Assembly: GCA_001773215.1 (NCBI GenBank)
Contig: MEWB01000001.1
Span: forward strand, 242,488-306,487
Length of the DNA: 64,000 nt
Reading direction: 5' to 3'
Source: a candidate division WWE3 bacterium RIFOXYC1_FULL_40_10
GTDB lineage: Bacteria > Patescibacteriota > WWE3 > UBA101185 > UBA10185
Positions 56,142-64,000 of the stretch are shown one piece after another. How positions within the stretch are numbered: position 1 is the first letter of the stretch; each line of letters starts with the position of its first letter. The notes beneath the pieces were generated by a model. That model worked only from the letters and a program-made list of their open reading frames with translations, searched no databases and was not told the origin of the DNA. A program made the translations under genes and the position numbers.

Positions 56142-57356
56142 ATGGAGGAGAGTTCGATGAAACATTATGACGATGAGGATGGACTCGAGAGTATTTATAC
56201 TGAGGATCTACCAGGTAGCCAATCAGGTATTGTTTTATATACCAAAACATCCGGTAATCAGATTTTACGAAAATTCAGAAAGGAATTTCCTGTTTTCTAC
56301 CATGCCATAAAGGCTTTACGTGACGAAAGCCCTTTTATACAAGCAGAAAGTATTTTAGTCCGAGAGAGTGGAATGGGTTTACTAATACCACTTTTGGCAC
56401 TGGAGAATAAGAAGGTGTTTTTCAGGGTATCAGTATGGTCCGCCGGGGACACGGTACTTGAACGAAACATGGAGCGCAACTACCTATCCCACATGTACAG
56501 TCTTCATGTGGAAGGGTCCAAAATTAAAGGCTATGGAGATATTGCTATTCTTGTGCAAGAACGTTTCCTGGATCAACGCAGCCTTGAGATCGAAATTTTG
56601 CAACTGCTAATGCATTGTTCCACGGGAATCCTCTATGTATGTAGCCATAAAAAAATGGGAGTAGTAACTCTACTGGAAAAATTGTCGGAAAAATACCCGA
56701 TGAAAGTGGAGGTAAAAGGTCGAGGTGGTGGGGGATCTCGTGTGATTAAGGTTACAAGATTGGGAGAATTGCCTACAGATCCAATCTTGAGAGGTGAAGG
56801 TGTCTCATACTATGTAAGACGTCGAAAGATTGTTTTTACAACTTTTGGATCAGTATTTTCACCAAAGAGAATTGATGCAGGTACTGATGCGCTTATTAAG
56901 TATGTTTTGCATCACGAGACTCGAGTTTTACCGTTTTCGCTTTACGACCTGGGGTGTGGCTATGGGGCAATAGGGATTAGCATGGCCAAAGCTTATCCTT
57001 TGGTGGACGTCACAATGACTGATATTGATGCAAAGGCGATTGAATTAGCTAATATAAATGTAGCTCGAGCTGGCGTCGCTTCTAGAACCAAGGTTGTTCT
57101 TTCAGATGGTGCATCAATGGTTAAGAATCTCCAGTTTGATCTCATACTGTCAAACCCGCCGCTTCATCTTGATAGGAAAAACCTAATTCAGCTAGTGCTT
57201 GGGGCACGACGGAGATTGAAAAAGAATGGGAGGATGCTCTTGGTAGTTGAAGACAGCAGGGTCGATGAGTTAAGGGAAATTTTTTTTGATCGCGGAGTTT
57301 ATCTTAAAATTGCGCAGAAAAGCAGCAATTACGCGATCCTGGAAGTTACGAAGTAA
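56142..57356 (+). CDS. SAM-dependent rRNA (guanine-N2) methyltransferase of the RsmC/RlmG two-domain family
   Basis: 404 aa; C-terminal DLGCGYGAIG SAM motif and NPPLH catalytic motif; N-terminal duplicated inactive domain. Confidence 0.7.
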   Translation: MEESSMKHYDDEDGLESIYTEDLPGSQSGIVLYTKTSGNQILRKFRKEFPVFYHAIKALRDESPFIQAESILVRESGMGLLIPLLALENKKVFFRVSVWSAGDTVLERNMERNYLSHMYSLHVEGSKIKGYGDIAILVQERFLDQRSLEIEILQLLMHCSTGILYVCSHKKMGVVTLLEKLSEKYPMKVEVKGRGGGGSRVIKVTRLGELPTDPILRGEGVSYYVRRRKIVFTTFGSVFSPKRIDAGTDALIKYVLHHETRVLPFSLYDLGCGYGAIGISMAKAYPLVDVTMTDIDAKAIELANINVARAGVASRTKVVLSDGASMVKNLQFDLILSNPPLHLDRKNLIQLVLGARRRLKKNGRMLLVVEDSRVDELREIFFDRGVYLKIAQKSSNYAILEVTK

Positions 57357-57423
57357 AAAATAAGAGCAGTGTGTTGGTAGAATAACCACCAGCAAACTGC
57401 TCTATCGTTTATTTAACTTATTA

Positions 57424-58155
57424 TCAAAGGTAGGCATGTTGTAACCACATACAGATCAAAGTCAGAGCCAAAAGCATTAGACCAGTCCTACTAATCTTAA
57501 CGTCATTTAACTCAGTTCGAGTCTTGTAAAGTCCAAATCCTCTTGTTTCAAGAGCTATGGCAATGTTATCTACCATTCTTAGCTCTGTTGCTACTAGGGC
57601 GATGATTGTTGTCTTAATCCTCTCCTTCCCCTTTTTTACTTTTCTTAGTTTTTGCACATCTTCAATTGACTGAGCATCTCTTTGCATAATAGGCATTAGT
57701 CGAAGTGCAAGATAGCAGATTCTCGATATTCTATAGGGTACTCCAATCCTCACTAGCGAATTTTCCAGATCCTGAGGGGATGTGGTAACAGAATATGCCA
57801 TTCCAACCGCAATCAGACCAAAAATACGTAGTGCTATAGCTAAGCCAATCATTAGTCCATCGTATGAGAAATCAACACCCAGAACATTCCATCCGGGTCC
57901 GTTTCTAACTACACCCTGGTATAGAACAATGAACCAACTACCAACGAATAGTACTAATGTAGACCTGATATATCGCATGACATTCAATCCAGCGCCCACG
58001 AACGAAATGAACATCAAGCTCAAACATACCAACGCGACCGTTTCAATTTGTCTTAGGCCATATAGCCAAAGCGCCACCATTAGCACCCACAAGAACTTTG
58101 TTATGGGATCAATCTTGTGAAAAATCTTGCGTCCTGGTTTATATGCTAATTGCAT
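57424..58155 (-). CDS. ecfT: ECF transporter transmembrane (T) component
   Basis: 243 aa; conserved ALETRGF (A-x-E-x-R-G) coupling motif; overlaps upstream ATPase gene. Confidence 0.8.
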   Translation of the reverse strand: MQLAYKPGRKIFHKIDPITKFLWVLMVALWLYGLRQIETVALVCLSLMFISFVGAGLNVMRYIRSTLVLFVGSWFIVLYQGVVRNGPGWNVLGVDFSYDGLMIGLAIALRIFGLIAVGMAYSVTTSPQDLENSLVRIGVPYRISRICYLALRLMPIMQRDAQSIEDVQKLRKVKKGKERIKTTIIALVATELRMVDNIAIALETRGFGLYKTRTELNDVKISRTGLMLLALTLICMWLQHAYL

Positions 58156-59726
58156 TTTTGCACCTCCAAGGCCTTTGGCTCAGTAGGAAACTGGGAGTTC
58201 AGATATTGAACGGCAAGTCTTAATGTAAGATTTGATTCGATCAACCCAAGTTTGTCGACCAATTCTCTACCCAACATGCAGAAATCTCCCATATAAAGTA
58301 GTTTTCCAGCCCCAAGCATACAGATTTTTTTGATGTAATTGCCAATGATTCTGTAGTCATGTGTGATTGTTACCAAAGTCTCGGTATATTTTCCTAGGCA
58401 ATCCTTGAGAAAGTTGACTTGTAAGGAATCTAGTCCTGCAGTGGGTTCATCAAGAATGAGAAGATCCGCGTTACAGGATAATGCTAAAGCAAGTGCTAAA
58501 CGTCTTTGTTCTCCGCCCGAAAGTTCAAATGGCGATTGATATCGGTATCTCTCTAAGTCAAACTCAGTAAGTAATCGAGTAAGCTTCCCGGATTCAAAAT
58601 TCTGTCCATGGGTGAGTTCTTGCTCAACACTTGTTGTAATAAACCCCAAACTTGGTTTCTGCAGCATAAGTGCGGGTCTGCGAATTTTTGATTCAATTTT
58701 TCCTGAAGTTGGTTTTCGCAACCCAGCCAACAATCTCGCTAGGGTAGTTTTGCCGGATCCATTGTGACCGACTAGCGCATACCTAGTTCTGGTTGAAAAG
58801 CCCGCCGATATATCAAAGAGGCCATTACCTTCCGAGTAAATGTAAGATACCCTTTCAAATATAACTGAGTAGTTATTATTCAGTCTGTAATTGCTAGTAT
58901 CTGGTTTAAGGCAGTGATTTGGAGGGAGGACAAGCTTGCCATCTGTAAATTCAAGTTGAACGCCTTGGCTTCGTACGTGTTCTTCAATTGAATAGAGTTG
59001 AGGACGTTCTATGTGGTATTTGTCTAATTCATTGCTATATTCCTTAAGTTGGTCCATAGAAATATCCAGTTCAACACGTCCCCTATCAAGAACTAACAAG
59101 CGTGTTGCCACTTCCATAAATGGATCCAACCAGTGAGAAGCAACGATTATTATATCAACATACTTACGCAAAATTTCTAGCGTTTTTACTACAATTTTAA
59201 TCCCATGAGGATCGAGGTGTGCCAAGGGCTCATCAAAAAGCAATACCTTTGGTCTGAGGGCTAGCAAACTAGCTATGGCTAATAGCTGAAGCTGCCCTCC
59301 GGACAAAGTGTCAACACTTCTAGTTCGTAGGTGATTAATATTCAACATGTGTAACGAGTTTAAGCCCCTTTCCAGTAGTTCATTTCTTGGGTACAACAAA
59401 TTTCCTAATGCGAAGGTTACTTCCTCGAGCACTGTGAGGTTGGTAATTTGACTGTCTGGCTCCTGCAACACGACCCCGATTTCACCTGCTAAATGTATGA
59501 GCCCCATAGAGAGTATGTCCTTGTCGTCAAGTTTTATGGATCCAACAAAATCCCCACCGTTATAGGCTTGTGTAACGCCTAGAATCGACTTGATAAGTGT
59601 GGATTTGCCGCTTCCATTAGGGCCCGCCAGTACAAGGAACTCTCCGGGTCGGATGCTGAAACTAATATCTGATAGGACTTGCGTTTTTTTTGGATAAGAG
59701 TAAGAAACACTCTGCAGACTCAGCAT
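58146..59726 (-). CDS. ECF/ABC transporter ATPase with two fused ABC domains (EcfA-EcfA' fusion)
   Basis: 526 aa; two Walker A (GPNGSGKST, GHNGSGKTT), two signature motifs (LSGGQLQ, LSGGEQRR), two Walker B. Confidence 0.85.
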   Translation of the reverse strand: MLSLQSVSYSYPKKTQVLSDISFSIRPGEFLVLAGPNGSGKSTLIKSILGVTQAYNGGDFVGSIKLDDKDILSMGLIHLAGEIGVVLQEPDSQITNLTVLEEVTFALGNLLYPRNELLERGLNSLHMLNINHLRTRSVDTLSGGQLQLLAIASLLALRPKVLLFDEPLAHLDPHGIKIVVKTLEILRKYVDIIIVASHWLDPFMEVATRLLVLDRGRVELDISMDQLKEYSNELDKYHIERPQLYSIEEHVRSQGVQLEFTDGKLVLPPNHCLKPDTSNYRLNNNYSVIFERVSYIYSEGNGLFDISAGFSTRTRYALVGHNGSGKTTLARLLAGLRKPTSGKIESKIRRPALMLQKPSLGFITTSVEQELTHGQNFESGKLTRLLTEFDLERYRYQSPFELSGGEQRRLALALALSCNADLLILDEPTAGLDSLQVNFLKDCLGKYTETLVTITHDYRIIGNYIKKICMLGAGKLLYMGDFCMLGRELVDKLGLIESNLTLRLAVQYLNSQFPTEPKALEVQKCN

Positions 59727-59829
59727 ATTCTCCTCCTTCTCAGTATTTGATGTAAAAAAATGGCCCGTCTTAACAAAATAATAGACGGGCCAGCCTCAAC
59801 ATCGATACTGATTGTATTGTATTGTAATG

Positions 59830-60417
59830 TTAGGTTTCTAGTACAGTAGGAGGCTTAGGTGGATATTCACTGAGCGGTTTTATACCAGCTTTTTTTACCG
59901 CGAGTAACGCCCAGTATACCCAGAGTGAAATCCAAACTTTTCCCATGCCCCCAGGTCCAAAATAGCCCACAAGGCCTTCGGTAGTGAGTGGAACTGCATC
60001 ACGCCAAGCATCAACCGGCGCTGCGAAGATCCATGCCAACAACGAGCCGGCAACAATCATATTAAGGCTGAAATTGCCTTTGAACCAGACGAACACAATA
60101 TCTGCGGCCAAACCCTCTACCAGATTGTAGAATATGGCAAAGAGGCCCACAGGGCTGCCGAACAGCACTTCGATCACGCCGGACAATGTTTTGACAATCA
60201 CGCATGCTCCCGGCTTGCGGATGAGAAAGAGGATCAAAAAGCTTACAAGGTTGAAGCCAAAGCTTCCAAACAGATTGACAAATGGACCAAGAACTTGTGC
60301 CTGAAATACCAAATGCGCCCACAGAACTTGGAAGAGGCCGGCAATGCCAACCATCAGGGCCATGATTACAATGTCCCTGGTAGTAAAGTTAAACCACTTC
60401 ATACTGCCGTTTTTCAT
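59830..60417 (-). CDS. Probable ECF transporter substrate-specific (S) component
   Basis: 195 aa, about 6 TM; immediately upstream of ecfAA'-ecfT. Confidence 0.5.
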   Translation of the reverse strand: MKNGSMKWFNFTTRDIVIMALMVGIAGLFQVLWAHLVFQAQVLGPFVNLFGSFGFNLVSFLILFLIRKPGACVIVKTLSGVIEVLFGSPVGLFAIFYNLVEGLAADIVFVWFKGNFSLNMIVAGSLLAWIFAAPVDAWRDAVPLTTEGLVGYFGPGGMGKVWISLWVYWALLAVKKAGIKPLSEYPPKPPTVLET

Positions 60418-60535
60418 GTCCTTATTCTCCTTTATTTGCCGATTGATCAGATTTCGATTTCAAGGTTCGTATTCTCTCGGTTATTTTGTATGTGAATGTA
60501 ACATATGACAGCCCTGACATCAATAGCTTAGGTAA

Positions 60536-60790
60536 TTAGCGCAAAAGGTATGCACCGAATATAATATCCTTATCACCAAGGATAAGTAGAATTCTATTAC
60601 TATCTTTATCAAGTACAAACCTCATGCCAGGCGCCCCGAAATCCGCAAGAGATCTCCAGACACCGCTACTGGGTAAGTATTCTTTATAACCAGAAGTAAT
60701 TGCCTGTTGTCGAACGGTGATATTATCGACAATCGTTGTTGGATCCGAGATTGTGTTAAAGAAGAAGCCTTTTTCAGGATTTTCAAACAT
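60536..60790 (-). CDS. Small hypothetical protein (84 aa)
   Basis: ORF track; GGAGGTGAATAC SD. Confidence 0.35.
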   Translation of the reverse strand: MFENPEKGFFFNTISDPTTIVDNITVRQQAITSGYKEYLPSSGVWRSLADFGAPGMRFVLDKDSNRILLILGDKDIIFGAYLLR

Positions 60791-60883
60791 GTTGTATTCA
60801 CCTCCATTTTTCTAAGATTTTGAGTATTATAGAACTACTAGAGGCTTATGTAAATATCTGGGGGTCAAGTTTTTAAAGAGATT

Positions 60884-62215
60884 TTATTTGTTAACAGCTT
60901 CAATGAACTTTTTAATTCTATTTAATCCTTCAACCATTTTATCCAAATTATTCGTGAATGTTAAACGATACCAATTTCCTTTGCTTTTAGGCATATCAAA
61001 TGCTTCTCCAGGTGCCAATATAACTCCTGTTTTAAAGAACATCTCCTCAAAAAAGTCGTACGTTGATCCCTCATGAATGATGTTAACTCCCATATTTATC
61101 CCCGCATCGGGTGTAATTGCTCTCATATACTTAGATTTGTATATTTCATTAAGTACAGCGTCTCTATTGTTTTTGTATGATTCCAGGGTGCTATTGACCT
61201 GGCGTTCATACTCGATCAGATCCTTTTTGTAGTTTCCAATTATCTTAAATTCTCTTGCGTTTTCAATCTTAGTTCTAGAATCAATATCTGGGCCGCCTTT
61301 CATCAGTGTTCTAAGTAATATGTCTTTAACAATAAAATTGTCAAATACCGTGGGGGGACATGTATAAGAAAGATCGGCTAAAAGATTCATCTCCGCTGTT
61401 ACCTTATCATCTGCCAAGACATATCCTATCCTTATTCCAGGGGCGGCACGGTCTTTGGAAAAAGCTTTAACTCTGATTATATAATCTTCTTTTTGAGGAA
61501 TACTTCCAATGTTAGGGATATGCTTGTAAGCCATATCGTAAAATATTTCATCTATAATCAAATAGATCTTCCTCTTATTAGAGATTTCTACTAGTTTAAT
61601 AAGATCTGCTTTGTCAAAAAACTTTCCAAACGGAAAATTTGGGTTAGTAAGTATAATAAATCGGGTTTCCCGATCGACTTGTTTCTCTAGATCTTCAATT
61701 AATGGTAAAAATCCCCGTTCTTCCTTACCGCATACTTTTTTTACTTTAAATGTTTTCCACATAACACTTTCGTACACTGGGTAAGTTGGCTGGACAATTA
61801 TCGCATTTCCTTTGTATTTATAATGTTTCATTAATACTTGAATTACACTAGAAAATCCTCCTGTTGCACTCAAAACAATAGCGACATTGTTAAAAGTAAA
61901 TCTATTGATGCCCTGAATATGGTTTTCATAATCTGCGATTACTTTTCTAACGTAAGGGTTTCCAAGTTGGTAAGTGTATTCAAAATAAGAATTTCTCACC
62001 GAATCGATGAGAGAATTTATCAGACACTTTGGGATTGGAAACTCATCTCGATCTATGTCACCGCTACCCATATGTATAAAAAATTTATTCTTCTTTTCCA
62101 CTTGTCCATGAAAATCCAACCATGCCTTGATATAGCGGTGATAGTATCTGTTCGCTCTGGGAAGCCTATTATCCGTATTGGATATTTTAAGGTTTCTTGA
62201 TAAAGGTATATTCAT
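60884..62215 (-). CDS. PLP-dependent aminotransferase, class I/II fold
   Basis: 443 aa; LTNPNFPFG, IDEIFYD, PLP-lysine block KAFSKDRAAPGIRIGY. Confidence 0.8.
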   Translation of the reverse strand: MNIPLSRNLKISNTDNRLPRANRYYHRYIKAWLDFHGQVEKKNKFFIHMGSGDIDRDEFPIPKCLINSLIDSVRNSYFEYTYQLGNPYVRKVIADYENHIQGINRFTFNNVAIVLSATGGFSSVIQVLMKHYKYKGNAIIVQPTYPVYESVMWKTFKVKKVCGKEERGFLPLIEDLEKQVDRETRFIILTNPNFPFGKFFDKADLIKLVEISNKRKIYLIIDEIFYDMAYKHIPNIGSIPQKEDYIIRVKAFSKDRAAPGIRIGYVLADDKVTAEMNLLADLSYTCPPTVFDNFIVKDILLRTLMKGGPDIDSRTKIENAREFKIIGNYKKDLIEYERQVNSTLESYKNNRDAVLNEIYKSKYMRAITPDAGINMGVNIIHEGSTYDFFEEMFFKTGVILAPGEAFDMPKSKGNWYRLTFTNNLDKMVEGLNRIKKFIEAVNK

Positions 62216-63315
62216 AAGATCTGATCAAAAGTGAATTTCTTATCGAACGAATCCGGTTTTTTTATGAATTCAAGTGCTTCGACTGTACTGAGTATTGGCC
62301 TTGAGTATTGCGCTCTCTCATCCAAGGCTACCCTTGGACAAATGGTTGAAACAAGTATATCGAAGTCCATACAGTTTATGGAATTTATATTTAGGAAGTC
62401 AACTACTATGACTCCAGTAGAATAACCTTTCTTTATAAATTCATCTTGCAAATTTGTAAGAATTTCTTTTCTTGATTGCCCTAGCTTATTACTTACAATA
62501 AACCCTACTCTTTTACCTTTTAATAATGATTTCTTGAGAGCGGTCAACTTGTTCAAGTGTAGCTTAAGTAACCTTTTATATTCGTAAATAAAAGTCTTTC
62601 CGGACAAGGGATCAAAGCACCACACGTCCTTTTTTGTCGACAAAGCGACCGGCAGTGCATGGAAACCCCCTCCTTCTATCATAATAAATTTCTGAACCTT
62701 AGCTTTAATCCTAGATGCTGCGGAGGGGTTGCACCCGAGAATCTGTGCATCAAAAGCCAGTCTATCAGTACCCTTGGCTGTGTATACTTCAATACCTTCC
62801 ATTGTGAGAGCGTTTCTTATTTTAGGGACGTTTTTAATATATTGTATAGAACTTATTAGCCCTACTTTTTTAATCTTACGAGATTTAAGATAGCTAATTG
62901 CTTCAATTATCGCAGGTGTTACGTCGATTTTTAGGTAAAGTGGAACAAAAATAATCTTAAAGCCTTTAGGAAGTTGTCTATTACCAATGGCTACATTACC
63001 AAAGTGAATTATCTTATGTATGTTTAGTGTTTCAAACTGATAATACTTAATATCGCAAGCACCAAAACAGGAGTCACCTGATATTACGAGCTTAGTTCCA
63101 AGTTTTTTACTAAGGTAGGATATAAGATCGTGTGTAAACTTTTTTAGACCCTCTGGTATTTCAATGCCAACAATTTCGTTAGATACTTTTCCGAGCTCTA
63201 GTTTTATTCTATCTAGTTCAAGATCATATTTATCAAGGAAATCTGCGAAGCTTTCGTGTTTGGGATTAAGAGGAGCGAAGACCGCCCTCCCAGTATGATG
63301 GTATGGTTCTATCAT
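62212..63315 (-). CDS. Dph2-like radical-SAM 3-amino-3-carboxypropyl transferase homolog (archaeal diphthamide synthesis Dph2 family)
   Basis: 367 aa; collinear with archaeal Dph2 (from memory): IEIPEGL, FGACD, IFVP, QILGCN, GGGFHALPVAL, DPLSGK, IVSNKLGQ, ICPRVALDE blocks including the three domain Cys; stop overlaps aminotransferase start (ATGA). Confidence 0.75.
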   Translation of the reverse strand: MIEPYHHTGRAVFAPLNPKHESFADFLDKYDLELDRIKLELGKVSNEIVGIEIPEGLKKFTHDLISYLSKKLGTKLVISGDSCFGACDIKYYQFETLNIHKIIHFGNVAIGNRQLPKGFKIIFVPLYLKIDVTPAIIEAISYLKSRKIKKVGLISSIQYIKNVPKIRNALTMEGIEVYTAKGTDRLAFDAQILGCNPSAASRIKAKVQKFIMIEGGGFHALPVALSTKKDVWCFDPLSGKTFIYEYKRLLKLHLNKLTALKKSLLKGKRVGFIVSNKLGQSRKEILTNLQDEFIKKGYSTGVIVVDFLNINSINCMDFDILVSTICPRVALDERAQYSRPILSTVEALEFIKKPDSFDKKFTFDQIL

Positions 63316-63383
63316 GAGACTAGTTTAGCATGTATAGTCAATGATAAGTAAAGTGATAAGGAGGTCAAAAATATTTTTCTATC

Positions 63384-63596
63384 TTACTCCTCGACATAAT
63401 CTTCAACAAAACCACATGAGGAACATTTATATGCAGCTATTTTTGGTTGTTTATTTAAATTGTTAAATAACTTGCTTATTGTGCTTTCCTCTTGCCAACG
63501 TGCTCCTATTATAGCTCCTGAGGTAAGAATTAAACCTTTTTTCATTTCGTTATTACATTTCGGACATGTTTTATTCATAGAATAAGGATACTCCAA
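63384..63596 (-). CDS. Small zinc-ribbon protein (CPKC...CSSC)
   Basis: 70 aa ORF; two CxxC pairs; start may be internal MNKTCPKC. Confidence 0.45.
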   Translation of the reverse strand: MEYPYSMNKTCPKCNNEMKKGLILTSGAIIGARWQEESTISKLFNNLNKQPKIAAYKCSSCGFVEDYVEE

Positions 63597-63648
63597 AAAA
63601 AGTGAACTTTCATCCCCAATTGGTGGGTCCTCTGTAAGGATGTGCGAA

Positions 63649-63999
63649 CTACATTAGTAGGTCTAATCCACTAGTCCAGAAAACTAACATCATTCCTTGT
63701 GTTATAGCCATCACAAATAACAATAAGTTTGCTAAATTCAAATTTCTTTTAGCTATTAGTCCAAGCATTATATATATCGGAAATATAACCAATATATATC
63801 TTGGCATGCTAGTTAGACCTGTAAAAAGCGGTAGTAAAAAAAGGATAAGCGCGTACGAAGAGTACGCTGGTTTCAAATATCTAAAGCACATTAACAAGAT
63901 AAATAGAGTCAGAAGAACAACTATTGAAGTAAATCTATGTTGATACAAATTACTTTCGAGTCCGTCAAATATGTATTTAATGGGAGACCCGAATCTGCG
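63649..63999 (-). CDS. Membrane protein, N-terminus runs off window end (open frame continues upstream of listed start)
   Basis: ORF 63649..63948 begins with TTG; frame stays open to position 64000; hydrophobic. Confidence 0.4.
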   Translation of the reverse strand, partial: RRFGSPIKYIFDGLESNLYQHRFTSIVVLLTLFILLMCFRYLKPAYSSYALILFLLPLFTGLTSMPRYILVIFPIYIMLGLIAKRNLNLANLLLFVMAITQGMMLVFWTSGLDLLM

Positions 64000-64000
64000 T

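Noticed and set aside
1-64000. Looked for CRISPR arrays, transposases, integrases, IS inverted repeats
   Set aside because: No regularly spaced direct repeats and no protein with DDE or tyrosine-recombinase signatures. The only short direct repeat (29019..29062) is a single duplication.

Overview
This 64 kb window reads as an AT-rich, gene-dense bacterial chromosome segment. By eye G+C is about 35-38% in the housekeeping genes; I have not computed it. Almost everything is coding and many genes overlap by a few bases.

The backbone is conserved translation and cell-envelope machinery:
- rpsP-khpA and rnc-ACP-nusB-rpmF, then rsmD and recG.
- tyrS and a class A penicillin-binding protein.
- The classical thrS-infC-rpmI-rplT-pheS-pheT block.
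- truB, tig-clpP, trpS and a DEAD-box helicase.
- A MacAB-like efflux operon and an ECF transporter operon with a fused double ATPase.
- An ApbE flavin-transferase cluster.
- Four clear tRNAs (Val-GAC, Leu-TAG, Trp-CCA, Pro-TGG).

Several traits suggest a reduced-genome lineage, possibly CPR/Patescibacteria-like (inference only): short pheT, tig and thrS, an ACP-like gene without the conserved serine, and archaeal-type genes.

Scattered among these are visibly higher-GC islets (about 45-53% by eye) of unrecognisable genes, read as horizontally acquired. No transposase, integrase or CRISPR array was seen.

Top follow-ups:
1. 62.2-63.3 kb: a confident homolog of archaeal/eukaryotic Dph2, the radical-SAM enzyme that transfers 3-amino-3-carboxypropyl from SAM in diphthamide synthesis. 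It sits in a bacterial operon, translationally coupled to a class I aminotransferase and next to a small zinc-ribbon protein. Bacteria have no diphthamide target, so substrate and function are open.
2. 17.78-17.96 kb: a perfectly stemmed tRNA-like gene with an 8-nt anticodon loop, on the opposite strand between pheS and pheT. It is followed by its own consensus promoter, a short region antisense to the tRNA anticodon arm, and a terminator.
3. 1360-1596: an ACP homolog in conserved acpP-rnc synteny whose phosphopantetheine-site Ser is replaced by Glu.
4. 50.1-53.3 kb: an extracytoplasmic ApbE / bis-haem ferric-reductase-like / Ca-binding-repeat / VKOR cluster.
5. 32.2-32.6 kb: a GC-rich structured intergenic region with no recognised ncRNA family.
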